64,000 bases of DNA from contig JAAOMT010000586.1 in the NCBI GenBank assembly GCA_016748015.1, positions 62,001 through 126,000 of the forward strand, read 5' to 3'. Positions 13,245-30,240 of this stretch are shown here, piece by piece. The notes under the pieces were generated by a model. That model searched no databases and had not been told where the DNA came from. It worked only from the letters and a program-made list of their open reading frames with translations. This DNA comes from Geosiphon pyriformis uo1 (taxonomy: Eukaryota; Fungi; Glomeromycota). How positions within the stretch are numbered: the stretch's first letter is position 1; the number at the start of each line of letters is the position of its first letter. The position numbers and the translations under genes were made by a program.

Positions 13245-14066
13245 ACATATTATTTTGATTTAATTCTTTAATTCCATTTTTTTCAGTTTAATTTTCTTTT
13301 GGAAATGAACTTTATTCCAAAACATAACAACATTTGGATTTAACAATTGGTTTTGACAAAAAGAGAAATCTCAAAAAAGGTATTAAAAATATAAAGCAAT
13401 AAAATAAGTCTTTAATTATAATGATCTAAAAAATCATCAACAGAATACTTAGAAAATACTCTGCCTAGTTATGATGATGCACCCTTTAATCATAACAATT
13501 TAAAAAATTATCAACAGAGTACCTAGAAAGCACTCTGTCTAGTCATGCTGCAAATATGACAACTAAAGATGTTGGCCGAATTCGAAACTATTTTTTATTT
13601 ACAGTTTTCAAATTAAAGAGACAAATATTTAGTAATAAATAGACATTTTTAATTGCATTATTAGATATTTTTGCTGCATAAGTGGTAAATAGTATTCAAC
13701 TCTGTATTAATGCAAAACGAGAACATAAAAAATGTAATCCTGTTCAAAATCTATTTTCGTGCAAAGTATAACAAATGTACAATTACAACTTGGTTCAACA
13801 CCACAATTGTCTAACTTTTTCGCAGATTACAGAAAGCGCAAAAATAATAAGATGGAATGATATTATTTCTGATTTCGGTTATTAAAGTAATCTTTGGGAT
13901 TAGTTATTACAGGGTTTAAGTGAAGATTAGCTCATCAAATCCTGGCTCAACATTGCATTTTAGCCTTTAATCGATTAGACGATTGAAAAAATGGATCGTA
14001 AGACAGCGTTTAATCAATTTCGAAAATAAATAAAAATTAAATAGTAGATTAAATTAAAGCTTCCTA

Positions 14067-17000
14067 TTAGGGTCCAAAAAATCGCATCGCCGTAGTGGCA
14101 TTTACTTCAAAATATAGTCGCATCCCTTCGCGCATTTCCATAAGCAATTGCGCGAAAAGCATTTCGTCCGACATCATTAACGGAGGGTCATCAAAGATTG
14201 CTCGCGCTTGCCTGATTTTTATATTGAATTCTGGGGTGTCTGCTTGCTCTTCCTATAATATTTAATGTTAAATGGGAAAATTAGTCAAAGGTTGAGAATC
14301 ATATTGAATGCGTATTTCAACGTACTTCGTTAGTTAAACTATCCAGCAATGCACACCACTCTTGAGAGTAGAGCATCACAATATCAGAGCCACACAAATG
14401 TAGAAAGGTAATCAGATCCATAAACATTTCCCAATATGCAATGCCGTTCGGCTACATAAAAATGATAGGGGAATTATTGTTAAAGAGTAAACATCCGATT
14501 CAAACTCTCACTTTTTATACCTGGACGTCAGTATCCATAATACTCGAGGTCAATTGTTGTTTCATTGACGGCCAAATTGAATTCCAAAATCGTCGCTCAG
14601 CCATTGCCAAAGACATGGCTAAACGTCGATGAATTCGTCGTCCACTGCCATCCCCTCCATATCTTGAATCATCAGTCGGAGGTCTTGATGCATGGACACA
14701 TAACACTGTCCAGATCTTGATCAAAAGGAATGCATGATATGCTAATTCCCCAGAAGGTGTGTATAAATAATTGAGTTCGGATCCGAGTACTTCGGTAACT
14801 GTTTGTCGAAGTGCATGTGTCAATAAATCAGCAATGTTGTCCTGAAAGTCAAAGATCGTAGTGATAAGCCCGAAAGTTTTGGCCTCAGATTTCGACATAC
14901 ACATTAATACCCAATTTAGTAGACGTATGGTACGTCGGGAGTCGGTTGACTTCATTAGATTAAATATTTTAGCAACGTAGGTAATACACTTCTCCCAAGT
15001 TTCACAGATACGTGTCACTTACCTTTTGCCACAAAAAAATCTTTGTCAATAAATCATATTTCTGATTACACATGGCAACCACTAGTTGTCCAATGTAAAC
15101 GTCTACTTTGAATTCTTTTTTCAAATACTCCTTGGTGGTAATTGGATTCTCTAGTAGACTCACGCTATCATCAAACAAATTTTCGGCGACGTTAACAAAA
15201 TAAGGTTGTTGTTGCGTGTTTTCCATACTCAATAAGATTAACTATTAAAAAAATGGTTACCAATCAACCTCAAAAATTTTTCTCAATTCCATGTCAGAAA
15301 TTTAATTCGAAATCAAACCTGTAATAAAATTATCATGGTATCACTATTTAATCGAGACTTGCTCCCACGAAAACTGGATCTCAGCTCTTCAATAATCACA
15401 TCTCCAAACGGATTTATGCTATCAAGATTTGCCGTTTCGACAGCTAGTGGGTATGACTTTAACAATTTATCACAAGACTCCATCGATATTGAACACTTTT
15501 GAATCGCATGTCGGAATAAATTTTTGATATGTGGAACCAATATCTGGCAGAAAAGCAAATTATCAGCTGAATTCTTTTTATTCCGAATAAAAGAATTCAA
15601 TCAGAGACTATCGATTTACCTTGACGTAAATCGGATGTTCCTTTAATATGGTTGCCATCATATTTAACATCGGATTTATGTCCCATTCACCGCGTTTCCA
15701 TTCATTTGTGTGTTTTGTTAACTTTGTAATAAACAGGCTTAAATCTTTTCAAGATTAAAGTTATTCGGTAAGAAACGGACAATTAAATATTTTAATTCAG
15801 ATAAAACGATTACCGACCAACTATGAGCTGCTCTCCATAAGGTTGCGGATAAACCAATTGCACATATTTATTCAAATTGCACAGAATCGTAGAAGCAACT
15901 TGTCGCACGTTAAAATCAAATACTCGATTCATCACATCGCGTATTGGTTGTTCGCGTAAATAAGTGAATTCTTGATTTTCGCCTTCTGAAGGAATCATTT
16001 CATTGACAATCACTTTCCGGAGCACCCGAAACATATCAAGCTCCGTGTGGTTTTCATCAGCTACTGCTTGATTCTAAACACAATCAATGAATATTTAAAA
16101 TCAATTATATTAATCCCAATTAAATTCATCCCATTAGATTTATCATTTACCTTGAAAATCAACACAAATAATCCATTTTTTGCGAATTCTTTAAAGGCCT
16201 TTATCAAAAAAGCTCGAGCACTCTCAACCAATGGAATATTGGTATCATATTTTAATTTGGTGATTAGTTTTCCAAGTGTAATAATTTGTTTACCAAGAAT
16301 GCTCACGGTCGACAACGGGGATCTTTTTAGTAAGCAGGCTGAGAGTTCGATTATGAGTTGTTTGTTTTCGTCACTAATATCTTTTCCGAGTAGTTCAGAA
16401 ATTCGTCGCATTGCATTAACGATACTTTCTTCCAACTCTTTATTTCGACGATCTTCGATTTTGTGCTACAAAGAAAATAAAGGCTGAGGTAAAATTTTTT
16501 TTAATTTTTAAATAATACCTGGAAAAAGAAATTACCTTATATATGATAATAAGCATCAATTCAAGCCAAGTTTTGAGCATCAAATGACTCAATATTGACA
16601 TATCAATCGAAGAATTGAACATGTTTAATATCACATTCACAAAGTATCCACCAACAAGATCATCACCCAATTCAGGCGAGCCTTTCAAGTCTTCAATATA
16701 TTCCGTTTCGAGTTTCAAGTAAATAGGAGTATCAAGAATTTTTTTAAGGTTGCTGAGACATGTAATCATCATCATGTTTTGAGAAAAATCGTCGGCTGCA
16801 TACTTAAAATCACCGTAATCAACCTCTAATTGGAGATTTAGGCGACAGTTTGCGAAGCCAAGATTTGACATAACTATACATTTCAGTTGGATCAAGGTTT
16901 GTTTTGAGATCTCAATACCGTTCCCGAGCATTTGCAAAGCAAGGGTTGACAAAAGTACCTTTAATGACAAAATTTAGTAAGAAGTGGAATTAAAAGTTTG

Positions 17001-20000
17001 AATATGTGATAGTGATTGAAGTATTAAATCCTACTTTAAGATTTTCTTCCTCAGTTACTTTTTGACCGGGTGTCGCGTTAAGGTCACTTTCAGCGTGTTT
17101 TATTCCAATTACCAAGATACTATCTGGTCTCATGTAACTATCCTAAAAACTGGCAGTTGAATTAGTCATTTCAAAAATCCTGAGAGTTCAACATTTTTCC
17201 AAAAGATATGCTATTACCAGAATATCGTCTGTTGACACGACTTCCACTTCAATTTCTTGATTTAATGCATTCAAAAGCATACTCCATTCAATTACTATAT
17301 AAAATACGGTAGTCAGTAGGAAGATTTTTTAACAATTGAAAATAGTATGGAGATCATTTAAACGCAAAACAAACCCTGCCAATCGGGAAATTGGGCATTT
17401 AGACGTATCATCAATTTAACAAGCAAAGTTCGTTCACGAACATTTGTCACTTCAAAATATGATTCCCAACAGTTAATGGCAAGACGAATATGTCGCTGTT
17501 GCATTGCACGAATATACGAAGATGCTTTAGATCTAACGTATTCCTAAATCGATTAAATGATATCTAAATTTAATGTATGCAATTACGTTAAATAATTAAA
17601 TACTATTAAGTAGAAACCTCTTTATCCCAAAGACAGGCCACAAAATAACTGAATATAGGTCCAAGGTAATCAAATACACCCGACCATTGCACATTGAATT
17701 TTTCCTCAATTTTTGAAAACAGGCCGTATAAGTTATCGAGACCAGCGAATCTATTAGAGCGAAATATCAGAAAAAAAGAAATGTCTAGAAATAAATAAAT
17801 GAAGGTTACTTAATCACTTGCCTAACCTCCCAGTTAGGATCTTCGAAGATTTTTTGAACAAAGGATCGAAAAGCTGAAGCATCAGCCCACACTAGTTTCA
17901 ATAATAGAAGGATCGTAATATCAGATGAAGTATCATATAGGGGTACAAGTGTCTCCCATATACTAGGAGTAGGTGAGAACAATAGGATTAAATTTAGAGA
18001 GCTTTCTACTTAAGAAAAATGAATCCGCTCAGAAGAGACTAGACTGACCTTGGTAACAAAACTGGGATACAACTTCTAAAAAATTCATCTTTGTTAGATA
18101 TAAGACTCCCATGCTTGCAAAGGCCCCAAAAAGCTTTCATTATATCACAATTCATTCCGAGCCGACCAAGTTTTGAGTACTGAACCAAGCATTGGATCAA
18201 TGAAGAATCGACAGTAAGACTAATAGCTAAAGTTGGATCAGGTATTTTTGAAGTTTGCTTTGAGGCTTTTGCGGGTTTTGAATTAGGCCTTTTGTATCAT
18301 GCCAATGGTAAGGGATTTCAAAAAAGATGTTCAGACAAAGATAAAAACTTGTGTTATATTTACTTGTCAATCAGAAACCTACTTTAAACTTGCTGTTCTT
18401 TGAGGACCACCTTTAACAATCTCAAGCGAAGAAATGAATTCAAGTGGACATGCATAGGAATGCAAAGTCAATGCAAGCGTGATTCTAATGAATGCTCGAG
18501 CTCTGTAGAAATACTAGATTGGATTAGAATAAGCAATACTATCAAAGTTTTTTGGCTCAAAAGAAAAATGAAATCGAGGAACTACTTTGAAATATCACTT
18601 CCATATCCAATTGAGTCAAACTCTCGAAGCATATCCAACGCAACTTGATTAATATCCGTGACTAATTCTAAAATAGCTCCACGATAAAATGTATTTCCTT
18701 GGCTCCCGATCACTTGATACCAAATAATTTGCATGAAGGCGGTGAATTTTTCAAGTTTTGGAGATAAATTTGCCAGAAAGGGAAGAAAGTCGGAAAATAT
18801 CGATGGAGGAAGAGCAACTCTGTCCATAAAAAATCATTAAGATAACATAATTTTCAAAAAAATAGGTTAGCTTTAAGGTATCATTCAACATTCCAAAAAA
18901 AAATCAAAAGGAAACCCTTGTTTACCCTCCACGAACCAACAGCTCCATCCATCGTAGTCCCCTTGACAAAGATTCCGCATCACCTTCTTTAAAAAGTTGC
19001 GTGACGACGTTAATCGGATCAGAAATTTCAAGAGTGAGATTTTCGGCTGCCACAGCAAGTGAAAGATCAGTGACACTCAATCGTGATCCAAAATGATGTT
19101 TTGGTGGGAAAATTCGTTGTAAAGCTTTTAAATCGTAGAAAATCTAAAATTAATTTTGGAAAAAATGAATGTAAAGAATGTCGTGTTTTGTGTCACATTC
19201 GCCAAATTCCGGAGAAAATTTATTGAAGATAATAATAATGACAAAAAAACAAATAGAAATCTGATTACTCTTTCAGGTGGCTGCTTTGAAATTATTTCAT
19301 AAACGTTACCAAGCCAACGAGAAAAGATATTGTTAAAAGTTGAGAAAAGTAAGCCAGAAGTCCAAAGTTTGATAATGTAACGCAAAATATGTTCTTGACG
19401 TCCTAAAGAAATATCCTAATTAAAATGCAAAAGTTAATTGATTGATCATTAGAAAACAATAAAATGAATTGAATACTTACTATATCTTTATCATCAGCCG
19501 GGTCGTGATGCGGGAAATAAAGTTCTTCAACAGCTTCCAATTGACAATAAACCATATCAGAAAATAACTCGGGATCAATTTGATGAACAGCGGCCAACCA
19601 TCCCGCAACATATTTCTCTTTTAGCATTTTTCGACAAACCACATAAGCACCACCTCCGGCATTATTATGGGTCGATAATCGTTTTGAATTCGTCCCACGA
19701 CGTTCTCCGCTTATACCACTATTATTGGAAGCAGCCGCATTCCGCGTATCATCCATTTCATCACGTACTCCGGGTAACTTTAGTCCCGAAGCGGAATATT
19801 CGCGAACAATCAACAATAATTTATCATCCTCACAACAAATCCATTCAATGATCGAATTCATCAATCTTTCTAACGTGTACCTTGACAAAAACGGATCAGG
19901 CCAACAACGTCTTGTCAAAAATAAAAATCCACATTCATTGATTGTGATATTGATATCTCGTAAACAAGTGAAAATAGCCGAAATCAATGATTCAACACTT

Positions 20001-23000
20001 GATGAAGATTCAATACCGAATGGAAGTGGAAATGTACATTCAGTTCTTAATCGATCAGGCGACTGGTTCAAATTTCTAGCGGAAGAAATGTAAGGATTTG
20101 GGAAAATAACTGGATATCCATCGATTCGTTCAACAAATCCCAAATTTGCCATTTGTTGAAGTAAAATTTGTGAGGTGTAGGAGGTTTGAAATCCTAAATT
20201 ATTTTTCACCCAACGTATCATTTCATTAGTGGTTAGCATATCAATTGACATTCCATCATCCACAATTCCCGCGTTTGAAGAAGTTGGTGTTGTAGCTCTT
20301 CCATTTGAATTTACTCCTAAATAGCTAGCACTTTGATATCCTCCATCGTCAAAGTCCATATCAAATCCAGCTCCCGATTTCATAAATCCCGCTAAATGTC
20401 CAAGGTATTCTTCTTCAAATAGAATCCAAGGGTGTTTATGATGATTAGATATCTGATTATAATCATGATTATTGATATCACTTTTACTATTTCGATTGTT
20501 GTTATTAACCCCAAGGACAACATCCCAATATTCTTGTGAAATAGTAGACTCATGGGTCCCAATACCCATCATAAGACTAGAACTACTAGCAACCTCATTC
20601 AAAAAGTCTCCTCGATCCCCTTCAAAAAAATATTGTTTATACAAATCAATGGTTGAATGTAACTCAAACTTTTCAAATTTTTCTTCGCCTTGTGAAAGCG
20701 GATGATTTACGGATTTCTGTCGCACGATCAAACATCCAGCCAAAATTCCATTCCTTAAAAGATTTTCTTGAATTTCTAAAACACTAATCATCACTGATAA
20801 TTCCTCGATAGCGAATGAGGGAAGAGTGTCACGAGGGTGAAGAATTGATTTGTAGTATTGGAGGAAGGTTTGACGAAGGAGATCGTGATGGATTACCGCG
20901 TCTTGTATGGTCATTTCTGCCATTTGGGAACAATCGAGTTGTTGTTGTTCAATTATCCCATCATTAATTGATAATTGGTGAGAGTGAAAAAGACAATGTA
21001 CATGAATAAAATGATTACACCATTCACATCGATATCCCTGATGCGTAATACCCCATAGTGGTTCACGGCAAATCATACAAAGTAAGAGGGTGTATAAGTT
21101 AACCAAATGAAATTTATGTCCCTTTTTACTTTCCACCATTATTAAAACATTTAATTTATCCTTATCATAATCATTATCACTATTTAAAGGATCATCTAAA
21201 ATAATTTGTCTCGGATTCGCAAGAATATCACAAAATCGAGGCGTCGATAATTTATGTATTCCAGAATCCAACAAATATTCGGTCAAAAATCCTCCATCCA
21301 TCCAGTTATAACATCCAAAATGTACATTTAATTTACACCCGCCACATCTTAATCCAAATCCAAATATTGTCTCAAAACATTGCATACACGAATTTGGACG
21401 TTCAGTCGGTATTAATTGTCCTTGAGATTCAACTAATGATTTACGTCTAGGTATGGCGGTTGATAAATGTTTATCTTTTACTTTTTTAGAATCGAGATGA
21501 AGATTATAATCATCCGGTGGTTTAAAAAATATTTGCGGGAAGAATTGATGCAAATGTTCTTTTAGTGAGGTGTAACTTTTTCTTTGAATATCTGGGTCTC
21601 GTGATGTTTGATGTTGTTTTTGGCGAGAATCTAAAGGGTATACTCCTTCGAGTAGAGTTGAATTATTATTCTGATTTTGTCGATTATGTTGATTGTGTTT
21701 TAGATGGTTTTCCAATTCTTCTTTTAATCTTCTATCATCTTCATAACTAACTTTCAAAAGTGGGCGTCCTATTGCTGGATGTCCAGTACTATTTCCCCAA
21801 AAATGAAATAAAATATTTACAGCTTGGGCTCGACTAGATTCTTCTCCATAAGCAATTATTTCAATTATATCATAGTAGAGATGTGGTTTTTGTTTAATCA
21901 TAATTGCTAATATTAGATGCATTTGATAAATAGTTTCCAAGGAAGATTTCTGAACGTCGATGTATTGTACAATGGAGTATAAAAGTGGAATGAACATTGA
22001 ATCAATATAATATTCCTCAATATCCAAATCTCCCTTGTACGTTACAGAAATTTCTCTCGAGATTTGTGGTAATTGCTGCGGTTGAATTTTTTGTGTTTGA
22101 TTTTCGTATTGGTCGCTGGACTTTGAATTAGAATGATATTCATTATTCATAAAGAATTTGTGGTTGTCTGTGTCATTATCTACTGGCGAGTGAATCTCGA
22201 TGGCTACAGGGGGTGGTGGGGTTGAAGTAAGATTATCAGAATCTTCGTGGATTCTAATATTAATATGTCCAGAATTTTCAAAATCTAGCAATAGAATAGA
22301 GTTTTGAGTAAACCAGAATTGGCAAAAGAATCAGTTTTTCACAAAATTAAAATTAAAATCCAAGCTCTTTTCACTTACCATTTAATAGACTTTTTCCTTT
22401 TCTTTCCATATTACGACCACGAATTTCACGATTTCCTCCCAAGTTATTCTGATGTTGATTATAGGTATCGGATGACGATTCATGCGATAGATTTTTACGC
22501 CCCATTCCATTACTACAACCAATCAATTGTGGAAGCAAAAAATTTCCATAAAATATTAAAAGTTTTCTACGCAATCCATCTTCAAAAGTGTTGAACCCCG
22601 ATAACATAGACATTCCCAATTCATATAACCAACGAGATGAATATGGATTCTGATCTATTAATAGAAATGCCACGTCTAACGCGATTGTTTGAAGAGCATA
22701 TGATGGTCGAGATGGTCTTGGCAAAGAAACTTTATATCGACAATCATTCTGAACTATATCTGATAAGACATCCATTATACGATCAAGTATGGCTATATCA
22801 GAGTATCCGAATCCAGAAGCACGAGTGGGTGAAGGAGAACGAGATCTAGTGGGTGAAGGTTCTTGTGAAGAATAGGGGGAATCAGGAGGCGAGATAGCGA
22901 TTGCTCTGCAAAATAAAATAAAGGCTTAGCGAAAATGAAACAATTTATATGATTGGGGAAATAAGAAAAAATTACAGATAAATACTTACCTATCACCAAA

Positions 23001-23438
23001 TATAATTCCGCTAAATTTGCAGAAAACCAAGACCTCACGCAATTGAAACAACAATTCGCAAGTTTCATCAGTGTGAAACACGGTAGTATATTCCTCCATA
23101 ACCTTAGCCCGACCGTAATCACTGCCCCCAGCAATTCCCCCTATTCCTAATAATGAAACTCCACTCTCAACCAAACTGTTAGCATTCTTTTCACGCAAGA
23201 TCTTTTCTGGCTGACTAGTGAAAAGACTAGGAGGCTTTTTACGTTTTTTCAATTTCCTCAAAATTTGTAGGAGAAGCTTTCGAGTTTGATCGACTTTTGG
23301 AGACACAGAAGTGCCTACTTGAGTTCCTCCAGGGCCAGTTTGTCGCTTTGGGCTTTTTTGAGCTGGTGACGTTTGAAGCTTTGTAAAGTTGGTGGCCGCT
23401 GTGGAGGTAGAAACTGCACTCGATCGTTTCAATTCCAT
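14067..23438 (-). CDS. Very large multi-exon alpha-helical protein with two C1-type (phorbol/DAG-like) Cys/His fingers and an UNC79-like N-terminal block
   Basis: Chain of minus-strand exons with GT-AG introns from ATG 23438 to the stop at 14067 (...RFFGP*). C1 motifs CMQCFETIFGFGLRCGGCKLNVHFGC and HKFHLVNLYTLLLCMICREPLWGITHQGYRCEWCNHFIHVHC. DIIEIIAYGEESSRAQAVNILFHFW resembles metazoan UNC79 as I recall it. Not every exon boundary was resolved. Confidence 0.75.
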
Positions 23439-23670
23439 TAACTGCTAATTTGAAAGTTTAACTCTAACGCGAAGGTAACCTTGCACCGATCGATGAGCAT
23501 TTTTATCATATATGGGGCGTGCTTCATAATTTTTTCCATGCTGAAATCCCTGACATTGTCTCTGTCTAGTTATCTAGATATTGATCATCACAATCGAGAT
23601 CAATCCCATTCAAATAATTAGGCATTCATAAGTTTTCTACATTCTCAAAATTTAAGCCTGCTTTTTTATA

Positions 23671-25984
<2,314 letters not shown>

Positions 25985-26172
25985 CCTAAGCTATTTATCA
26001 GACATCGCTATCCTAAATTGTTCTTTTTTTAGACAAGAAAATTTGGGATTTCGTTATTTTGATCGTAAAGGGTTCTTTGAGCTATCTCGTGATCCTATCA
26101 GATAAAAACTAACGGTTGCAATATACACCGAGACCTGTCGTGCATTGCTCTCGAAACTTCAATAATAATAGC

Positions 26173-28097
26173 TTAGAAATCATCCTCAAAATCGTCTCGT
26201 GCCCACTCTGGAAGTTCGGTCTCATAATGCCACCCAATCCCTTCATATTTTAAAGCATGTAACCAGATCAACATGTCATGTGGCAAAGGATCGGGATATT
26301 TTCGTACACCACATTCACAGGTACCTGATGAATTTTCAGGTGTTAAATGTTCACGCGATTGTAGTTCATCCATGGATTCAACGATGATGACAGCAGCAGT
26401 AGCAGCTTGACATGGTTTTTCACCTGGTGGTTTTGAACTGTCTTGAGTTACCAGTTTTTCGATAATATGTTTGGCACTAGATTTATCCACACCTCCCTTT
26501 CCCATTTGACTCCCCCATAGGGAGGATCGGGCGTACAGAGGATCATTGGCAATTGGATAGCCGAGATATTGCAAGTGTACACGTATTTGATGTGTACGAC
26601 CAGTTAATGGTTTACCTACACAATAGTTATTGTCAGTACAAAGAAAATGGAAAATGGATAATGAATAAATTAATATAAAAAATCTGCTAAAATATACATC
26701 GGAGTAGCGAAGTGCGACCATTATAACTGATTTTTTCAAAAACCGTTGTGCATGGCTTTCCATCCGAGTGAACAATATTTAATCCAACTTTTTGACAAAC
26801 TGATAGAATTGGTTTATCGCATACTATTTCGCAGCTGAATTGGAGGATCAAAAAAGAAACACGTAGTAATTCTTTATAAATTTACAAGATGTCATCAATT
26901 TTTAATATTATACCTGGGAAATTCCCCAATAACACGGCAAACATACGTCTTCCGAATCGTTCGTGCTCGCATCTGTTGTTCGTATTCATGAGCTTTTTTT
27001 TTATTGAGTGCCAAAATCATGAGACCGGAAGTCAGTCGATCTAGTCTGTTCACGGCTAATTTCGTTGTAAGCGAAAATGAGTGCGGGTAATTAGGTGTTA
27101 AAGGCCCGAATTAAAAAAAAGTAATTTAAAGGTGGAACTTACGAAAAAGCTTCACGAAACCATGCTCCCTTTGTAGAATCTGAATTATTGTGTTATGATG
27201 GTAGCTGAAATACAGGTTGAACTTAAATGAGTTTCACCTTATTATTTTTAATCTATTAGTTACAAAAATTCCCAAAAGCTTACCGCCCAGTAGGATGCAC
27301 CTTGAGAATTAAAGCGAGATCAATGAATAACTCAACAAAACCCAATCATTTTGATTCTAAAAATCTTCTTACGGGTACACTTGACGGCTTATCAATGATG
27401 AGAAACTCATCACGTTCCTCTCTCAGGATCTTGATTTTCGCCGCGGTAACTGGTGGTTCGTGACGATGAACCGAGTGAGACACGAGGTCTTGATTATGGA
27501 TTATGGTGTTCGCGTCCGATAGGGTGTTGTTGACTTTAATCAGGCCGGTGACGATTGCTGAGGCCTATAAAATTAAATGATTTTTTTAATATGGTTTACG
27601 AAGATTGATGAAAAAACGCAAGTATATGTTTCGCTAAATCAGAAACTATCCGATTCATACATAATAATCCGGCGACCGATCACGAAACTCAGTACGAAAT
27701 ACTTCAAATAACGTTTTGCCGACCCATCTACCTTTCGCAAACGATTTGTATTCGAAAAAGTAAGGTTTCACTTTCCGTAAACCTAATAATTTGCAAAGAA
27801 TGGAACGAGAAGTGATGCATTAGTGATGTGCCGAAATTCTAAAACCATTAACTCGGACCTTACTCTCCTCCAAAAAACCTTAAAAGGCATGTAACTTGTT
27901 TTCCACCCAATCAACTCACCGTTCTCAAAGTAACATTCTGCTCCTAGTAAAATATGCTTATCGGTATCCTCTGGGAGTTTTTTTTGTGGCTTTCTTTTTC
28001 GGCTCCCACCAGCGGGTTGTAGACTTCCACTAGCATCAAACTTGTCAGGTTCCATAGATTTATCAGCCTTTCTTTTCTTCCCTGCTGTTCGGAGCAT
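26173..28097 (-). CDS. RluA-family tRNA pseudouridine synthase (Rib2/Pus9/RPUSD2-like), multi-exon
   Basis: [46 protein letters not shown], catalytic [44 protein letters not shown]. Confidence 0.93.
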
Positions 28098-29134
28098 TTT
28101 TGCAAGACGATGAGGTCAAGCTTAACAGTTCATGTGTAGAAACAACTTTTGTGATATAATGGCACAAATATAAGATTTTTTATAACAATAATAAAAAACC
28201 TTTTTTTTAAATTCAATTTGTAACCAAAAAAAGAAGCGACCATTACTTTTCTTATAATAGTTAAAGAAAATTACAACTTAAAAGTTTTTTAATTATAAAA
28301 ACAGCTAAACAAGATGTTATATATGAATGCTTTTCTTGAAACAAAATACTTTGTTTTTTGGTTAAAATTAAAAAATTACTTTTTAATATTATTATTGCTT
28401 TTACTATTTTTTCAAATTTTTTAAAAACATTAAAAAACTAAATTAATTTTTTTGTTGTTTTATTTTCATATTAATAATTATCAAATTGTTATTAATTGGT
28501 AATTAAATGGCTTTTTTATAAATTGACTGTATATAAAATATTTTAGTTTATTAGAATTTTCAAAATTAAAAAGCTGCCAATTACCAACAAATTATTGCAA
28601 CTAAACCAGGATAATTTAAAAAATTGAATTGCTCTTGATACATCAATTTCATTAATTTAATAAAGGTTAGAATAATGAAGAGGTGTACTCGTTTATTAAT
28701 AGTAATTGGGTAATACACTTGTGATCTTTTTCTGATATAGCCGTTTTCGTGCTACAGCAACTCTATCGACACATAAACAAGAAGGCGATACTCAGATAAT
28801 GATCATTGGAAGGTGTGATAGTTTTTCGAATAACACGCAAATGATTTCGAATTTCAATTAGGGGGGGGGGTGCGAAAAGTTATTGATTTCAAATTTACTA
28901 TTAATTGTAAATTTGAACAGGCGATTTGAAACACAAATCGCCACGAGCTGGAAAATGTTCTTATGATCATTTGGTGAGCGCAAGAAGTTTCCATTAATTA
29001 CTGCTCAGCTATTATTATTATTATGTAGGCTGTTTTTAAATACACTTCCAATAGAAAAATTAAATACCTTTTTACGTCTCTGATCACTCATCATGTTCCT
29101 TTCGGGTGGCGCTTTCTTCTTTATATCTTGAATA

Positions 29135-30042
29135 TTAGTCCTCTGTTTCGTATGTCGAGTCTTGGTGTTCAGCGGCTTGAATAGATTCTTCCTCTTCTTC
29201 TATATCCTCACTTATTCGTTTAAATCTTTCACGCTCCCATTCTTCCTGTCTAATTTGAAGACGTTCCTAGTTTGTATAAAGAATAAAATTCAGATGGAGG
29301 ATCGAGAGATGCAATCTCATAGACCGAAAAAACCCAGCTTGCATGAATGTATTTCTTTCGGCATAAATTCTCCACTCTTTTAATCGCGTCACGATACTGC
29401 ATATCAGGGTAGCATTTCCTGAAAGCCGGCTTGTAAAAGAGGTCGATCAAGCTTTTAAGGCTAGACTCCTTTATTAATGAATTAATGAGAAGGGACCAAG
29501 AATCCAAATTAAACTTTGGGGAGAAAGATTCTGTAAAATTGCCAATTCAAAAAGATGAGCTTATGGATAAAGAAAAGATCATAACAGGACCTCGTTTCCT
29601 GGTTCCTCATTGAATCTTAATAGCACACTATTCTTGAGAAGATCCTGGTGTAATTTGACTATACTATTAAAAGGTTGAAGGAAAGATGTAAAGCGATAAG
29701 CAGATCTGGGTATTTAGTTGTGAATGGTCAAAAGAAAAACGAGTATAATGACTCAAGCTCAACGGCATACCGTTCAGAATCATCGATCTTTGGTCGTGTC
29801 TTTTTCCCTGTCGCGGTTACCACTGTGGTTCGTTCACCTGTTTGTAAAGCGATGGTAGTTGTGGGTGGTGGCGTAGTCGATCTTATTGATCTTATAGGAC
29901 TATTAAGCTCACGCGAAGAATATCGACGAGAAGGGGAAGATAAGATTGCGTGGTTTGAATCCAAATTTAGAGGAGGTGGAAGTGATGCAGGTTCATTTTC
30001 GATATCATGTTCTTCCTCGTGGGGAATATGACGACGTGACAT
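29135..30042 (-). CDS. Replication fork protection protein Swi3/Csm3/Tipin-like
   Basis: RPKIDDSER ... SLKSLIDLFYKPAFRKCYPDMQYRDAIKRVENLCRKK fits the Swi3 domain pattern. Acidic C-terminal tail, small introns. Confidence 0.7.
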
Positions 30043-30240
30043 TTTCAAGAAATGTAAGCACGAATTACTAAAAAATTTCTTTAACCTGAGCGCGTTTAAA
30101 GAATATACGTCATGCTTATTAGCATGTGGTTTGATGATTGGCTCGGATGATTTATTGCAGTGTAGAATTTCTTGACTGCTAGCGCAGAGTAGTAAGCCTA
30201 ACAGAAAACCAAGTTTGACACTAGTTCTTGGACTTTAGTA

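Noticed and set aside
13425-13552. ~73-bp tandem duplication (aaaaat.atcaacaga.tac.tagaaa..actctg.ctag) beside the solo LTR
   Set aside because: It is real but has only two decayed units and no assignable function; probably a relic of an older element.
28855-28885. G-run (taggggggggggtgcg) as a transposon terminus or G-quadruplex
   Set aside because: I found no matching inverted partner or TSD, and it is a single homopolymer only.
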